From contig CAZZBU010000001.1 in the NCBI GenBank assembly GCA_964652315.1, positions 84,870 to 148,869 of the forward strand: DNA of 64,000 nucleotides, read 5' to 3'. The notes beneath the pieces were generated by a model. That model was not told the DNA's origin and ran no database searches. It saw only the letters and a list, made by a program, of their open reading frames with translations. This stretch comes from an uncultured Bacteroidales bacterium (GTDB lineage Bacteria > Bacteroidota > Bacteroidia > Bacteroidales > JAAAOM01). Shown here one piece after another: positions 34,539 to 46,442 of the stretch. Both the position numbers and the translations under genes were made by a program. Position 1 is the first letter of the stretch, and each line of letters opens with the position of its first letter.

Positions 34539-35186
34539 TCAGAAAACATAGCCAATGGAAACACTTGCTGTTAACAAGCTACCCGGGCCATACGTTTTCC
34601 ATCTGAGATTATCCGAAAAAAACTCCCAGGAATCATTTACATCGCGCCGGTAAGTCCTGTCATTGGTTGAAACAGTCCTTGGCAGCAATCTGGATAGCGA
34701 TTGTAGACCAAGGGAAAAATCAAAAACAATATTTTTAAATTGTTCCGTACACCCCAAATTTAAAGCCCCTCCCAATGCAAAAAAGTTTTTTTGGAGTTTC
34801 AGGTTACCCTGTTCCTGAGAAACATAGTTTACATCAGCGGTGAAATATCCACCTCCAAGGTTATACTGGATGTATGAATTATGAAAGCCCGGCAAGAAAT
34901 TAAATTTTTTGAAATGCACAAATGCTTTTATCCCCGAAGGTGGTTCATAAAGCAATAATGTAATGGCTGAAGAGGCATTCCAGTAAGCATGGATGTTCAT
35001 TCCCAGGAAGCCGTATTGATTAACCCTGCTGTCAATGGAAAATATCGTCCTGCTGTTTAAAAATGGTTTCAGAGGAGTTACACTAATTATTGTACCATGG
35101 TTATTAAAAACAGTGCTATCCTGTGATTTTAAATTTAGGCAGATTAATGCAATTGTTGTGATTATTAAAAAACGTTTCATATACAT
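34539..35186 (-). CDS. Predicted outer-membrane beta-barrel protein, paralogue A (function unknown)
   Basis: Signal peptide. Alternating amphipathic strands. C-terminal ...SIGYVF (terminal Phe). Shares TPLKPF, ALGG, SLGxQxLxRxLP and GPG motifs with the next gene. Confidence 0.5.
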   Translation of the reverse strand: MYMKRFLIITTIALICLNLKSQDSTVFNNHGTIISVTPLKPFLNSRTIFSIDSRVNQYGFLGMNIHAYWNASSAITLLLYEPPSGIKAFVHFKKFNFLPGFHNSYIQYNLGGGYFTADVNYVSQEQGNLKLQKNFFALGGALNLGCTEQFKNIVFDFSLGLQSLSRLLPRTVSTNDRTYRRDVNDSWEFFSDNLRWKTYGPGSLLTASVSIGYVF

Positions 35187-35208
35187 GGTTTAATTGTTTT
35201 TGTGCCAT

Positions 35209-35880
35209 TTAAAAATTATAGTATACTGTGAAAGACAAATCAATCATCTTTCCGGGACCATTTCTGTACCATAAATGATTGTCGGAGAATTCCGACGTAC
35301 CTGCCTTATACAATGTGTATTCCTGTCCATTGTGGTTAATGCGTTTGGGTAATATCCTTGGCAGGCATTGATACCCCAGGCTTACATTCATTGATATTTT
35401 TCCTGCAGTGTATTGGTATCCGCCTTCGACCATTCCACCAAGCGCCATAAAATTTTCCCGACGGGATATTTTTTCATATATTGTATAACTGTCAGCCTGA
35501 TTTGCATAGGACACCATTTGTGAAAATAAACCACCGCCAAAGTTTAATTGCGTATAAAAACCCTGAAGGTTATATGTGGCTGAATGCATCCTGATGTGTA
35601 CATACAACCTGAATCCATAATCTTCCGGGTCGTAAAACACAATTTCAGATGGGGTGTAATTTTTAAATATTCGGTAGAAGGTGATATTTGTACCCCAGCT
35701 ATGTGTTTTGTTTCTGTGGGTAAGAATGGAAGCACGCAATTCATTTTTAAAAAACGGCTTCAACGGAGTAATACCAAGGGTAACTTTTCTATCCTCCCGA
35801 AGCTCTTGTCCTGATAATTGTGTTCCGGTGAACACAAAAAACAAAAAGGTTGTATAAAACAGTTTTCCTATATGTCGCAT
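35209..35880 (-). CDS. Predicted outer-membrane beta-barrel protein, paralogue B (function unknown)
   Basis: Start moved to ATG 35880 (MRHIGKLFYTTFLFFVF signal peptide). C-terminal ...TVYYNF. Paralogous to 34539-35186. Confidence 0.5.
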   Translation of the reverse strand: MRHIGKLFYTTFLFFVFTGTQLSGQELREDRKVTLGITPLKPFFKNELRASILTHRNKTHSWGTNITFYRIFKNYTPSEIVFYDPEDYGFRLYVHIRMHSATYNLQGFYTQLNFGGGLFSQMVSYANQADSYTIYEKISRRENFMALGGMVEGGYQYTAGKISMNVSLGYQCLPRILPKRINHNGQEYTLYKAGTSEFSDNHLWYRNGPGKMIDLSFTVYYNF

Positions 35881-36193
35881 CGTTCTTCGGATTGTTTCAA
35901 TAAGTAAATATAAATCATTTTTGAATTGAATGTATTTCTTATGGTTTATGTACCAATGGAATCTGTTGCTTTGTAACAAAACTCATGGTTTTCAATGTTA
36001 TATTGCCTCAAATTTGCTAGGTTTTTATGTATTATATATATTATATTATGTAATGGAATCTATCAAAGAAGTATATCATTTATATCAACTCAATAAGTAT
36101 CTGAAAAGCAATATGGTAAAGGGTTTTTGATTTGAAATGGGTGAAAAAAAGAAATAATTTACAGCAACTTATTGTTTTTGAAAAAAAATCCCT

Positions 36194-36201
36194 TACCTTT
36201 G
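36194..36201 (+). promoter_or_regulatory. Bacteroidota -7 promoter box (TACCTTTG) of the str/S10/spc/alpha superoperon
   Basis: Exact TAnnTTTG match 43 bp upstream of the rpsL ATG, at the end of a 363-bp AT-rich spacer. Confidence 0.55.
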
Positions 36202-36243
36202 CGAACCGATTTTACAAACAGATTTATATAATTAACTGATTAT

Positions 36244-36618
36244 ATGCCGACAATATCACAGCTTGTAAGAAAAGGACGGAACCGTCTCGAGGAAAAGAGT
36301 AAAGCTCCGGCACTCGATTCTTGTCCTCAACGTAGAGGTGTTTGTGTACGTGTTTACACAACAACACCTAAAAAGCCAAATTCTGCAATGCGTAAGGTGG
36401 CCAGGGTTCGTCTTACAAACGGTAAAGAAGTAAATGCTTACATTCCGGGTGAAGGACATAACCTTCAGGAGCACTCCATTGTATTGATTCGTGGCGGTAG
36501 GGTTAAAGACTTACCTGGTGTGCGCTACCACTTGATTCGTGGTGCACTCGATACAGCCGGAGTCGATGGAAGAACTCAACGTAGATCAAAATATGGTACT
36601 AAGCGGCCGAAAAAATAA
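36244..36618 (+). CDS. rpsL: 30S ribosomal protein S12
   Basis: [12 protein letters not shown]...[15 protein letters not shown], universally conserved sequence. Confidence 0.97.
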   Translation: MPTISQLVRKGRNRLEEKSKAPALDSCPQRRGVCVRVYTTTPKKPNSAMRKVARVRLTNGKEVNAYIPGEGHNLQEHSIVLIRGGRVKDLPGVRYHLIRGALDTAGVDGRTQRRSKYGTKRPKK

Positions 36619-36638
36619 CAAGAAATTGAAGCGTTGAT

Positions 36639-37115
36639 ATGAGAAAGTCAAAACCAAAGAAAAGAATACTGTTACCAGATCCAAAGTTTAATGATACATT
36701 GGTAACACAATTTGTAAATAATCTGATGTTGCAAGGTAAGAAAAGCATTTCTTATGGCATTTTTTACGATGCGATGGAGATTGTTAGTAAGAAAATGAAA
36801 GATTCTGAAGAGGCGCCCCTTGATATATGGAAAAAGGCACTCGAGAATGTTACCCCTCAGGTAGAGGTGAAGAGCCGCCGTGTCGGTGGTGCTACTTTCC
36901 AGGTTCCCATGGAAGTTCGTGCAAGCCGGAAAGTATCTATCAGCATGAAAAACCTGATTCTTTTTGCCCGTAAACGCGCAGGTAGAAGCATGAGCGAACG
37001 TCTTGCCGCTGAAATAATAGCAGCTTACAACGGTGAAGGTGGTGCATTTAAGAAAAAAGAAGATACACATAGAATGGCAGAAGCAAACAAAGCGTTTGCG
37101 CATTTCAGATTCTAA
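36639..37115 (+). CDS. rpsG: 30S ribosomal protein S7
   Basis: LPDPKFND...[16 protein letters not shown] signature. Follows rpsL. Confidence 0.97.
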   Translation: MRKSKPKKRILLPDPKFNDTLVTQFVNNLMLQGKKSISYGIFYDAMEIVSKKMKDSEEAPLDIWKKALENVTPQVEVKSRRVGGATFQVPMEVRASRKVSISMKNLILFARKRAGRSMSERLAAEIIAAYNGEGGAFKKKEDTHRMAEANKAFAHFRF

Positions 37116-37181
37116 GTGGTTTATTGAGATACATACGAGATTATTAAATTATAGTTGCTAGCTGATAATTAGTGTTTTAAA

Positions 37182-39287
37182 ATGAGTTTAAAGTATACCA
37201 GAAATATTGGTATTATGGCACATATTGATGCCGGTAAAACCACAACAACAGAAAGAATTCTGTTTTATACCGGTATCACCCATAAGATAGGCGAAGTTCA
37301 CGACGGTGCTGCTACCATGGATTGGATGGTTCAAGAACAGGAAAGGGGCATCACCATTACCTCAGCTGCAACAACCACCTTTTGGAAATATAACGATCAG
37401 CAATATAAAGTTAACATCATTGATACTCCCGGTCACGTTGATTTTACCGTGGAAGTAGAGCGTTCATTGCGCGTACTTGATGGTGCTATTGCTGTTTTTT
37501 GTGCTGTAGGTGGTGTCGAACCGCAATCAGAAACTGTATGGCGTCAGGCCAATAAATATAATGTACCCCGATTAGCGTTCGTTAATAAGATGGACCGTAC
37601 CGGGGCCGATTTCTTCAGTGTTGTTAATCAAATTCAGGATAAGCTCGGGGCAAATCCGGTTCCCATTCAAATACCTATTGGCTCAGAAGAAAACTTTTCG
37701 GGTATTGTCGACCTGATTGAGCGTAAAGCCATTGTTTGGGTTGAAGACGAAACCCTTGGAATGAAGTACGAATACCGCGAGATACCGGAAGATATGTTAG
37801 ATGAAACCGAGGAATGGCGCGAGAAGCTAATCGAAGCTGTTTGTGTTTCCGATGAAGAATTACTCGAGCGTTTCCTCGAAAACAGAGATTCAATAACAGT
37901 TGAAGAGTTTATGGAGGCTACCAGAAAGGCTACCATTAACATGGAAATTGTTCCTGTGCTTTGTGGTTCTGCATTTAAAAACAAAGGTGTTCAACGCCTG
38001 CTTGATGCTGTTACGGCTTTATTACCGAGTCCATTGGATGTTGGTTCAGTAAAAGGCATTGATCCTAAAACGGATAATGAAGCAGAAAGGAAACCTGAGC
38101 AATCAGAACCGCTTTCAGCCCTGGCTTTTAAAATTGCTACCGACCCCTATGTCGGACGCCTGGTTTATCTCAGAGTATATTCCGGTATATTAAAGTCTGG
38201 CAGTCAGGTGTTTAACCCCAGAACTGGTAAAAAGGAACGGATTTCCAGAATTTACCAAATGCACGCAAACAAGCAGAATCCCAAAGAAGAAATTTTTGCA
38301 GGAGATATATGTGCCGGTGTTGGATTTAAAGATCTCAAAACCGGAGATACCTTATGTGATATAGACAAGCCAATTTCCCTTGAAACCATGAGTTTCCCGG
38401 AGCCTGTAATTAGCGTTGCAATTGAACCTAAAACACAGAAGGATCTTGATAAGCTGGGCAGTGCTTTGGCAAAACTAGCCGAGGAGGATCCTACATTCCA
38501 GGTGAAAACAGACGATACTACCGGTCAGACAGTGATAAGCGGAATGGGAGAACTACACCTTGAGATTCTCGTTGACCGCCTTAAGCGCGAGTTTAAAGTA
38601 GAATGCAATCAGGGTGCACCACAGGTAGCTTACAAAGAAGCGCTGTTATCAACTCTTGATCATCGCGAAGTATTTAAGAAACAAACTGGTGGCCGTGGTA
38701 AATTTGCAGATATCAGCATTGAAATCGGACCGGCAGACGAAGGTGTGGCAGGTCTTCAATTTGTTGATGCAATTAAAGGTGGTAATATTCCACGTGAATA
38801 CATTCCTTCGGTTGAAAAAGGATTCAAAGAAGCAATGGCTAACGGTCCGCTGGCCGGATATCCGGTTGATAATCTTAAGGTTACACTTAAAGATGGGTCA
38901 TACCATCCGGTTGATTCTGATCAGTTGTCCTTCGAGATTTGTGCCAAACAGGCTTTCCGTGCTGCGGCTAAAAAAACCAAAGCAGTATTGCTCGAGCCGG
39001 TAATGGCAGCCGAAGTTGTTACACCCGAAGAATATATGGGCGATATTATTTCTGATTTTAACCGCCGCCGTGGTAAGGTTGAAGGTATGGAATCCAAAGC
39101 TGGTGCACGCGTTATTAAAGCACATGTGCCCCTGGCAGAAAAATTCGGATATGTTACCGTATTGCGTACCATCACATCGGGCCGTGCCACTTCAACAATG
39201 GAATTTTCTCATTATGAAGAAGTGCCAGAAAACATTGCCACGGAAATCATTGAAAAAATACACGGAAAAAAAGTAGCAAATTCTTAA
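37182..39287 (+). CDS. fusA: Elongation factor G (canonical)
   Basis: [17 protein letters not shown] and NKMD motifs are all intact. Lies between rpsG and rpsJ. Confidence 0.97.
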   Translation: MSLKYTRNIGIMAHIDAGKTTTTERILFYTGITHKIGEVHDGAATMDWMVQEQERGITITSAATTTFWKYNDQQYKVNIIDTPGHVDFTVEVERSLRVLDGAIAVFCAVGGVEPQSETVWRQANKYNVPRLAFVNKMDRTGADFFSVVNQIQDKLGANPVPIQIPIGSEENFSGIVDLIERKAIVWVEDETLGMKYEYREIPEDMLDETEEWREKLIEAVCVSDEELLERFLENRDSITVEEFMEATRKATINMEIVPVLCGSAFKNKGVQRLLDAVTALLPSPLDVGSVKGIDPKTDNEAERKPEQSEPLSALAFKIATDPYVGRLVYLRVYSGILKSGSQVFNPRTGKKERISRIYQMHANKQNPKEEIFAGDICAGVGFKDLKTGDTLCDIDKPISLETMSFPEPVISVAIEPKTQKDLDKLGSALAKLAEEDPTFQVKTDDTTGQTVISGMGELHLEILVDRLKREFKVECNQGAPQVAYKEALLSTLDHREVFKKQTGGRGKFADISIEIGPADEGVAGLQFVDAIKGGNIPREYIPSVEKGFKEAMANGPLAGYPVDNLKVTLKDGSYHPVDSDQLSFEICAKQAFRAAAKKTKAVLLEPVMAAEVVTPEEYMGDIISDFNRRRGKVEGMESKAGARVIKAHVPLAEKFGYVTVLRTITSGRATSTMEFSHYEEVPENIATEIIEKIHGKKVANS

Positions 39288-39302
39288 TATAATAAGTTAC
39301 TG

Positions 39303-39608
39303 ATGAGCCAGAAAATAAGAATTAAATTAAAGTCTTACGACCACAATCTCGTCGATAAATCAGCTGAGAAGATTGTTAAGACTGTTAAAACTACAGGTGC
39401 TGTGGTGAGTGGGCCAATACCGCTACCTACCCATAAAAAGATCTATACTGTATTGCGGTCGCCATTTGTTAACAAAAAATCGCGCGAACAATTTCAGTTA
39501 AGTTCATTTAAACGATTATTAGATATCTACAGTTCAACTCCGAAAACCATCGATGCATTGATGAAGCTTGAATTACCAAGCGGTGTTGAGGTAGAGATTA
39601 AAGTATGA
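39303..39608 (+). CDS. rpsJ: 30S ribosomal protein S10
   Basis: [11 protein letters not shown]...GPIPLPT signature. Confidence 0.97.
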   Translation: MSQKIRIKLKSYDHNLVDKSAEKIVKTVKTTGAVVSGPIPLPTHKKIYTVLRSPFVNKKSREQFQLSSFKRLLDIYSSTPKTIDALMKLELPSGVEVEIKV

Positions 39609-39629
39609 TAACTTATAAATGTTAGAACA

Positions 39630-40259
39630 ATGCCAGGACTAATTGGGAAAAAAGTTGGAATGACGTCCATCTTCGATGAGAACGGGAAAAATGTAGCCTG
39701 TACGGTTATCGAGGCTGGTCCCTGTGTGATTACACAGGTCAAAACCCCTGAACAGGATGGCTATTCAGCTATTCAGATGGCTTTTGATGAAAAGAAAGAA
39801 AAGCATAGCACAAAAGCGATGCAAGGGCATTTTAAGAAAGCTGGCACCAGCCCCAAACGTTTTGTTAAAGAGCTTAAGGGATTTGTTAAAGATTGGAAGA
39901 TTGGTGATCAAATTTCCCTCGATTATTTTAAGGATGATGTCTTTGTTGATGTATCAGGAACCACCAAAGGGAAAGGTTTTCAGGGCGTAGTTAAACGTCA
40001 CGGATTTAGTGGTGTAAACGATGCAACACACGGACAGCATAACCGTAATCGTGCACCAGGTTCTCTTGGGGCGTCCTCTTATCCATCCAGAGTTTTTAAA
40101 GGGATGCGTATGGCCGGACGCGATGGTGGTAGCAGTGTGAAAAAACTGAACCTGAAAATAGAAAAGATCATTTATGAACATAACCTGATGATCGTCCGGG
40201 GCGCTGTTCCGGGTGCAAACGGTTCGTATGTTGTTGTAGAAAGTCCTGAAAGGGTTTAA
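39630..40259 (+). CDS. rplC: 50S ribosomal protein L3
   Basis: [13 protein letters not shown]...[13 protein letters not shown] signature. Confidence 0.97.
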   Translation: MPGLIGKKVGMTSIFDENGKNVACTVIEAGPCVITQVKTPEQDGYSAIQMAFDEKKEKHSTKAMQGHFKKAGTSPKRFVKELKGFVKDWKIGDQISLDYFKDDVFVDVSGTTKGKGFQGVVKRHGFSGVNDATHGQHNRNRAPGSLGASSYPSRVFKGMRMAGRDGGSSVKKLNLKIEKIIYEHNLMIVRGAVPGANGSYVVVESPERV

Positions 40260-40271
40260 AAATAATATAAA

Positions 40272-40895
40272 ATGGAACTAGCAGTATTAAATATCGCTGG
40301 AGAAGATACTGGCAAAAAAGTTGAGCTAAAGGAGGCAATTTTTGGCCTTACGCCTAACGATCATGCCATTTACCTTGACGTGAAGCAATACCTTGCCAAT
40401 CAAAGGCAGGGAACCCACAAGACCAAAGAACGCAGTGAGGTACAGGGGAGCACTAAGAAAATTAAGCGTCAAAAGGGAACAGGTACTGCACGCGCAGGCG
40501 CCATCACTTCTCCGATTTTTCGCGGAGGTGGAACAGTTTTTGGTCCACGCCCAAGAGATTATCGCTTTAAACTGAATAAAAAAGTTAAAAGACTGGCCCG
40601 GTATTCAGCGCTTAGTTATAAAGCAAAAGCTGATGCAATTAAAGTAATAGAAGATTTCAACCTGGAGGCACCAAAGACAAAAGAATACATTTCTATTGCA
40701 GATAAGCTTCAGGTAAACGATAAAAAATCATTGCTCGTTCTGAGTGAGCCTAATCGTAACATTAGTTTGTCTACTCGAAATCTTAAAAATACCATGGTAC
40801 GAACAGTCTCTGAACTGACGACCTACGATATTATGAACGCTTCAGCGGTTCTGTTTTTCGAAAGTTCAATCAAAACGTTACAGAATAACGACTAA
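40272..40895 (+). CDS. rplD: 50S ribosomal protein L4
   Basis: [12 protein letters not shown]...[13 protein letters not shown] signature. Confidence 0.95.
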   Translation: MELAVLNIAGEDTGKKVELKEAIFGLTPNDHAIYLDVKQYLANQRQGTHKTKERSEVQGSTKKIKRQKGTGTARAGAITSPIFRGGGTVFGPRPRDYRFKLNKKVKRLARYSALSYKAKADAIKVIEDFNLEAPKTKEYISIADKLQVNDKKSLLVLSEPNRNISLSTRNLKNTMVRTVSELTTYDIMNASAVLFFESSIKTLQNND

Positions 40896-40906
40896 AAAGA
40901 GTAACA

Positions 40907-41197
40907 ATGGAAGTTTTAGTAAAGCCCCTAGTAACCGAAAAAATGACAGCTCAGGCCGATTCCCTGAACCGGTATGGATTTGTTGTCAATAAAAGGGCCA
41001 ACAAGATTCAGATCAAGAAGGCTGTTGAAGAGCTTTACGGTGTAAATGTAGCGGAGATTAACACCATGATCTATGGTGGTAAACGTAAAAGCCGCTATAC
41101 CAAAACCGGTATTATAAGTGGTAAATCACCTGCTTATAAAAAAGCGATTGTTACGTTGGTAGAAGGAGAATCAATTGATTTTTATAGCAATATCTAA
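40907..41197 (+). CDS. rplW: 50S ribosomal protein L23
   Basis: PLVTEK...[10 protein letters not shown] signature and operon position. Confidence 0.95.
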   Translation: MEVLVKPLVTEKMTAQADSLNRYGFVVNKRANKIQIKKAVEELYGVNVAEINTMIYGGKRKSRYTKTGIISGKSPAYKKAIVTLVEGESIDFYSNI

Positions 41198-41202
41198 TAA
41201 AC

Positions 41203-42033
41203 ATGGCTGTAAGAAAATTAAAACCTGTAACACCAGGGCAAAGACATAAGATAATCAGTACTTTTAGTGAGATAACGAAATCAACACCTGAAAAGTCACT
41301 GTTAAAACCTCTGAAAAAATCCGGAGGACGGAATAACGCCGGTAAAATGACAGTACGTCAAATAGGTGGTGGTCATAAACGTCGATATCGTGTCATAGAT
41401 TTTGTGCGCGATAAGGATCAGGTACCCGGAGTGGTCCAGTCCATAGAATATGATCCAAACCGTACAGCACGTATTGCGCTGGTGCAGTATGAAGATGGTG
41501 AAAAAAGGTATATCATTGCCCCCAACGGATTGAAGGTTGGACAACAAATTCTTTCCGGAAGCAAGATTGCCCCTGAAATTGGAAATACCTTATTTCTTTC
41601 GGATATTCCACTAGGTACCATCATTCATAACATCGAATTACGTCCTGGGCAGGGTGGTGTAATGGCCAGAAGTGCAGGAGCTTATGCTCAACTCACTTCT
41701 CGCGATGGAAAATACGCCATCATTAAATTGCCATCCGGAGAATCGCGCATGGTACTTATTACCTGCAAGGCTACCATTGGTACAGTCTCTAACTCTGACC
41801 ATGGGATTGAACGTGCCGGTAAAGCTGGTAAAAGCCGGTGGTTAGGCCGACGTCCAAGAGTACGTGGTGTGGCTATGAACCCGGTAGATCACCCAATGGG
41901 TGGTGGTGAAGGCCGCGCTTCCGGTGGGCATCCGCGTAACCGCAAAGGATTGCCTGCTAAGGGCTTCAAAACCCGCTCAAAGAAGAAGGCTTCAGAGAAG
42001 TATATCATAGAAAGAAGAAAGTCTAAAAAATAA
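41203..42033 (+). CDS. rplB: 50S ribosomal protein L2
   Basis: GGGHKRRYR...[18 protein letters not shown] signature. Confidence 0.97.
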   Translation: MAVRKLKPVTPGQRHKIISTFSEITKSTPEKSLLKPLKKSGGRNNAGKMTVRQIGGGHKRRYRVIDFVRDKDQVPGVVQSIEYDPNRTARIALVQYEDGEKRYIIAPNGLKVGQQILSGSKIAPEIGNTLFLSDIPLGTIIHNIELRPGQGGVMARSAGAYAQLTSRDGKYAIIKLPSGESRMVLITCKATIGTVSNSDHGIERAGKAGKSRWLGRRPRVRGVAMNPVDHPMGGGEGRASGGHPRNRKGLPAKGFKTRSKKKASEKYIIERRKSKK

Positions 42034-42048
42034 ATCTAATTCTTCATC

Positions 42049-42315
42049 ATGAGTAGATCGCTTAAAAAAGGACCTTTTATCGATTATAAACTCGAGAAAC
42101 GAGTGGTTGAGATGAATGAGTCAAATAAAAAATCGGTAGTAAAAACCTGGTCACGTCGTTCAGTGATTTCTCCTGACTTCGTTGGTCATACCATTGCCGT
42201 ACATAATGGAAATAAATTCATACCTGTTTATGTAACAGAAAACATGGTGGGTCATAAGCTGGGTGAGTTTGCTCCAACACGTACCTTCAGAGGTCATAGT
42301 GGAAACAGGAAATAA
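42049..42315 (+). CDS. rpsS: 30S ribosomal protein S19
   Basis: SLKKGPF...[23 protein letters not shown] signature. Confidence 0.97.
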   Translation: MSRSLKKGPFIDYKLEKRVVEMNESNKKSVVKTWSRRSVISPDFVGHTIAVHNGNKFIPVYVTENMVGHKLGEFAPTRTFRGHSGNRK

Positions 42316-42343
42316 CAAATTTCGATAAATAACTTGTAGAACA

Positions 42344-42769
42344 ATGGGTGCAAGAAAAAGAATATCAGCAGAAAAGCTAAAAGAAGCGCGGAAGTCGAAA
42401 TATTACGCTGTGCTGCGTAACTGTCCGACATCCCCTCGCAAAATGCGCCTTGTCATTGATTTAATTCGTGGCATGGAAGTAAACCGCGCACTGGATGTGT
42501 TAAAATTTAACTCAAAAGAAGCATCACGCGCCGTTGAGAAGCTTTTACTTTCAGCAATTGCAAACTGGCAAAGCAAAAACGAAGGCGCCAGAATTGAAGA
42601 AAGTAACCTGGTTGTTAAGGAAGCCTTTGTTGATGGCGGACGCACTCTCAAGCGCATTCAACCTGCACCACAAGGCAGGGCCCATCGGATTCGTAAACGC
42701 TCGAACCACGTTACATTGGTGCTCGATAGCTTGGAAGCTGATAGTAATAATGAAGAACAAACAAATTAA
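42344..42769 (+). CDS. rplV: 50S ribosomal protein L22
   Basis: [14 protein letters not shown]...[16 protein letters not shown] signature. Confidence 0.95.
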   Translation: MGARKRISAEKLKEARKSKYYAVLRNCPTSPRKMRLVIDLIRGMEVNRALDVLKFNSKEASRAVEKLLLSAIANWQSKNEGARIEESNLVVKEAFVDGGRTLKRIQPAPQGRAHRIRKRSNHVTLVLDSLEADSNNEEQTN

Positions 42770-42775
42770 GCTTTA

Positions 42776-43483
42776 ATGGGACAAAAAGTTAATCCAATAG
42801 GAAACAGGTTAGGCATCATTAAAGGATGGGACTCTAACTGGTTTGGTGGAAAAAAGTATTCTGATAAAATTGTTGAAGATTACAAAATCCGCGAGTATCT
42901 GAATGCTCGTCTTGCAAAAGCCAGCATTTCCAAGATTATTATTGAACGGACACTGAAGCTTATCACTGTAACAGTGAATACAGCACGTCCTGGTATAATT
43001 ATCGGAAAAGGCGGTCAGGAAGTTGACAAGCTTAAAGAAGAATTGAAAAACATCACCAAAAAAGAAGTCCAGATCAACATCTTTGAGGTAAAACGTCCTG
43101 AGCTTGATGCAACCATTGTTGCCAACAATATAGCACGCCAGATTGAAGGAAAGATATCTTATCGCCGTGCCATTAAAATGGCCATTGCTTCAACAATGCG
43201 TATGGGCGCAGAAGGAATTAAGGTATTGATTTCAGGTCGTTTGGGTGGTGCCGAAATGGCCCGGACAGAGACTTACAAAGAAGGCCGTATTCCGCTTCAC
43301 ACCCTGCGTGCCGATGTCGATTATGCATTAGCAGAAGCACTTACCAAAGTTGGACTTATTGGTGTAAAAGTGTGGATTTGTAACGGAGAAGTTTATGGAA
43401 AACGCGATTTATCACCCAATGTTGGAGTGAAATCCACAAAACCTAAAACAGGAGGTGGATTTAAAAAGCGCAGAAAACAATAA
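42776..43483 (+). CDS. rpsC: 30S ribosomal protein S3
   Basis: [13 protein letters not shown]...[10 protein letters not shown] signature. Confidence 0.97.
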   Translation: MGQKVNPIGNRLGIIKGWDSNWFGGKKYSDKIVEDYKIREYLNARLAKASISKIIIERTLKLITVTVNTARPGIIIGKGGQEVDKLKEELKNITKKEVQINIFEVKRPELDATIVANNIARQIEGKISYRRAIKMAIASTMRMGAEGIKVLISGRLGGAEMARTETYKEGRIPLHTLRADVDYALAEALTKVGLIGVKVWICNGEVYGKRDLSPNVGVKSTKPKTGGGFKKRRKQ

Positions 43484-43516
43484 TATCTTTAATTGCTTCA
43501 GGTAAATTTTTAAACA

Positions 43517-43936
43517 ATGTTACAACCGAAGAAAACAAAATACAGAAGACGGCAGAAAGGCAGAATGAAAGGTAACGCACAGCGGGGCAATCAGCTGGCA
43601 TTCGGTTCATTCGGAATCAAAGTGTTAGAATCTCACTGGATTACCGGCCGTCAGATTGAGGCTATGCGTCAGGCAGTAACACGTTATATGAAACGTGAAG
43701 GACAAATCTGGATACGGATTTTCCCGGACAAGCCCATTACCAAAAAACCTGCTGAAGTACGTATGGGTAAAGGTAAAGGTGCCCCCGAAGGATTTGTGGC
43801 ACCTGTAACTCCCGGCCGTATTGTTCTGGAGATAGAAGGAGTTCCTTTTGAAGTAGCAAAAGAAGCCTTGCGCCTTGGTGCACAGAAATTGCCGGTAACT
43901 ACAAAATTTATTGTACGACGCGATTTTGTTGAATAA
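43517..43936 (+). CDS. rplP: 50S ribosomal protein L16
   Basis: [11 protein letters not shown]...[10 protein letters not shown] signature. Confidence 0.97.
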   Translation: MLQPKKTKYRRRQKGRMKGNAQRGNQLAFGSFGIKVLESHWITGRQIEAMRQAVTRYMKREGQIWIRIFPDKPITKKPAEVRMGKGKGAPEGFVAPVTPGRIVLEIEGVPFEVAKEALRLGAQKLPVTTKFIVRRDFVE

Positions 43937-43966
43937 TGTACATGAAACATTGAAAGCTTGAATACC

Positions 43967-44173
43967 ATGAAAAATTCAGAAGTACGGGAACTAGGAACAA
44001 ACGAGATTATTGAGCGGATAGAAAATGAACAGGCATTTCTCTTAAAGCAAAAGATGAATCATGCGGTTTCACCCCTGGATAATCCTCAGAAAATAATGGA
44101 AACCCGTAAAAATGTTGCGAGGCTGAAAACTGAACTCAGAAAACGCGAAATAGAAGAAAACAAGAATAAGTAA
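43967..44173 (+). CDS. rpmC: 50S ribosomal protein L29
   Basis: [14 protein letters not shown]... sequence. ATG at 43967 is preferred over the upstream TTG at 43958. Confidence 0.9.
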   Translation: MKNSEVRELGTNEIIERIENEQAFLLKQKMNHAVSPLDNPQKIMETRKNVARLKTELRKREIEENKNK

Positions 44174-44182
44174 TTTATTGCC

Positions 44183-44443
44183 ATGGAAAACAAAAGGAAC
44201 CTCAGAAAAGAACGTATAGGTGTGGTAATAAGCAATAAAATGGACAAGTCCATTACCATCGCTGTAAGGACCAAGGTTAAGCACCCGATTTACGGTAAAT
44301 TCGTAAATAAGACCTCTAAGTTCATGGCGCACGACGATAAAAACGATTGCAATATCGGTGATACAGTGCGTATAATGGAGACTCGTCCATTAAGCAAAAA
44401 CAAAAGTTGGAGATTAGTTGAAATTATTGAAAGAGCTAAATAA
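44183..44443 (+). CDS. rpsQ: 30S ribosomal protein S17
   Basis: [17 protein letters not shown]...HPIYGK signature. Confidence 0.95.
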   Translation: MENKRNLRKERIGVVISNKMDKSITIAVRTKVKHPIYGKFVNKTSKFMAHDDKNDCNIGDTVRIMETRPLSKNKSWRLVEIIERAK

Positions 44444-44445
44444 TC

Positions 44446-44811
44446 ATGATACAACAAGAAAGTAGATTAGCTGTAGCCGACAATAGCGGTGCCAAGGAAG
44501 TACTTTGTATCCGGGTGCTGGGCGGTACCGGCAAACGATATGCCAGCGTTGGCGATCTGGTTGTGGTTAGTGTAAAAAGCGCCATGCCCTCCGGTGAGGT
44601 AAAAAAAGGTACAGTTTCAAAAGCGGTTGTTGTGCGCACAAAAAAAGAAATCCGCCGTACTGATGGTTCATACATCAGGTTTGATGAAAACGCAGTGGTA
44701 CTGCTGAATAATGTCGGAGAAATCAGAGGTACACGTATTTTTGGTCCCGTTGCCAGGGAATTGCGCGATAACTATATGAAAATTATATCATTAGCTCCTG
44801 AAGTACTATAA
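44446..44811 (+). CDS. rplN: 50S ribosomal protein L14
   Basis: [18 protein letters not shown] signature. Confidence 0.97.
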   Translation: MIQQESRLAVADNSGAKEVLCIRVLGGTGKRYASVGDLVVVSVKSAMPSGEVKKGTVSKAVVVRTKKEIRRTDGSYIRFDENAVVLLNNVGEIRGTRIFGPVARELRDNYMKIISLAPEVL

Positions 44812-44830
44812 CTTATTAATCCTTACTTCG

Positions 44831-45154
44831 ATGCAAAAGAAATTACATATTAAAAAAGGCGATACAGTATTGGTCCTTACCGGAGAATCAAGAGGACAGC
44901 AGGGACGCGTCCTTGATGTTGTCCGTGATAAAGACCGCGCCATTGTTGAAGGCGTAAATATGGTCTCAAAGCATACAAAGCCCAATGCCCAGTATCCCAA
45001 TGGTGGAATTATCAAGAAAGAAGCCCCGATACATATTTCAAATCTTATGGTGGTTGATCCTTCTTCAGGCGAACCATCGCGCATCGGTCGCAAGCTTTCT
45101 GATAACGGTAAATTAGTACGCTATTCTAAAAAATCAGGGGAGGAAATTAAGTAA
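44831..45154 (+). CDS. rplX: 50S ribosomal protein L24
   Basis: [23 protein letters not shown] motif. Its stop overlaps the rplE ATG (TAATG). Confidence 0.95.
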   Translation: MQKKLHIKKGDTVLVLTGESRGQQGRVLDVVRDKDRAIVEGVNMVSKHTKPNAQYPNGGIIKKEAPIHISNLMVVDPSSGEPSRIGRKLSDNGKLVRYSKKSGEEIK

Positions 45155-45711
45155 TGGAATACATGCCTAATTTGAAGCAAAAATATAGAGAGGAAATCGT
45201 TCCTGCTTTATTCAAAAACTTCGGTTATAAATCAATAATGGAAGTGCCTCGCCTTGAAAAAATCGTTATCAATCAAGGTGTTGGGCAGGCTGTTGCTGAT
45301 AAGAAGCTGGTAGATGTGGCCCAGGAAGAACTCACACGCATTGCCGGGCAAAAAGCCGTTCAGACCGTATCAAAAAAGGACGTTTCCAACTTTAAACTAC
45401 GAAGAAACATGCCAATTGGGGTGAAAGTTACACTTCGTCAGGCAAAAATGTATGAATTCCTTGAGCGGCTAATTAATGTATCCCTGCCCCGCATCCGCGA
45501 TTTTAATGGGATTACAACCAAATTCGACGGACGTGGGAATTATACATTAGGGATCACGGAACAGATTATTTTCCCGGAAATAGATATTGACAAGATTACC
45601 AAGATTCTCGGAATGGAAATTACTTTTGTGACCACTGCCCAAACCGATGAAGAAGGATTTGCATTGTTAAAAGAATTTGGGTTACCCTTTAAAAATACAA
45701 AAAAGAAGTAG
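45154..45711 (+). CDS. rplE: 50S ribosomal protein L5
   Basis: [16 protein letters not shown]...RDFNG signature. Confidence 0.97.
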   Translation: MEYMPNLKQKYREEIVPALFKNFGYKSIMEVPRLEKIVINQGVGQAVADKKLVDVAQEELTRIAGQKAVQTVSKKDVSNFKLRRNMPIGVKVTLRQAKMYEFLERLINVSLPRIRDFNGITTKFDGRGNYTLGITEQIIFPEIDIDKITKILGMEITFVTTAQTDEEGFALLKEFGLPFKNTKKK

Positions 45712-45714
45712 ATT

Positions 45715-45984
45715 ATGGCAAAAGAATCCATGAAAGCCCGTGAGGTTAAACGTCAGAAAATGGTTGACCGTTATGCCGAAAAAAGGGCAAAACTGAAAGC
45801 AGAAGGTGATTACGTTGGACTAAGCCGTCTTCCACGGAACTCGAATCCTATCCGGTTGCACAACCGGTGTAAACTTACAGGCCGTCCAAAAGGATATATG
45901 CGCCAGTTTGGTATTTCGAGGATTACCTTCAGAGAAATGGCTTCTGCAGGTTTAATACCAGGAGTGAAGAAAGCAAGTTGGTAA
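45715..45984 (+). CDS. rpsN: 30S ribosomal protein S14 (long, zinc-independent form)
   Basis: [13 protein letters not shown]...[19 protein letters not shown]. No CxxC pairs. Confidence 0.95.
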   Translation: MAKESMKAREVKRQKMVDRYAEKRAKLKAEGDYVGLSRLPRNSNPIRLHNRCKLTGRPKGYMRQFGISRITFREMASAGLIPGVKKASW

Positions 45985-46030
45985 CCAGGAGAAAGATAGA
46001 GAAAACAGTCAATTATATATTTGAAGCAAA

Positions 46031-46426
46031 ATGACAGATTCAATTGCAGATTATTTGACACGCATCAGGAATGCCATCATGGCTAAACACAGGGTTGTTG
46101 AGATTCCTGCATCAAATATTAAAAGGGATATGACCAAGATCCTTTATGAAAAAGGGTATATCCTGAGCTACAAGTTTATTGATGATGGAGTACAAGGAGT
46201 TATTAAAATTGCCCTGAAATACGATCCTGAGACAAAAAAGCCTGCTATAAAAGAAATTAGCAGGGTAAGCAAGCCTGGATTGCGTAAATACGCAAATCAT
46301 CAAAACTTGCCCAGGGTTCTCAACGGACTTGGTATTGCCATCATATCAACCTCTAAAGGGGTGATGACAGATAAAGAGGCCAAGAAAGAGAATGTTGGCG
46401 GCGAAGTATTATGTTACGTATATTAA
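46031..46426 (+). CDS. rpsH: 30S ribosomal protein S8
   Basis: [15 protein letters not shown] signature. Confidence 0.97.
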   Translation: MTDSIADYLTRIRNAIMAKHRVVEIPASNIKRDMTKILYEKGYILSYKFIDDGVQGVIKIALKYDPETKKPAIKEISRVSKPGLRKYANHQNLPRVLNGLGIAIISTSKGVMTDKEAKKENVGGEVLCYVY

Positions 46427-46428
46427 AC

Positions 46429-46434
46429 AGGAGG
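46429..46434 (+). promoter_or_regulatory. Shine-Dalgarno-like AGGAGG upstream of rplF
   Basis: Perfect AGGAGG 8 nt upstream of ATG 46443. The other start regions I read in this operon are A/T-rich and have no SD. Confidence 0.4.
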
Positions 46435-46442
46435 ATTTTTCA

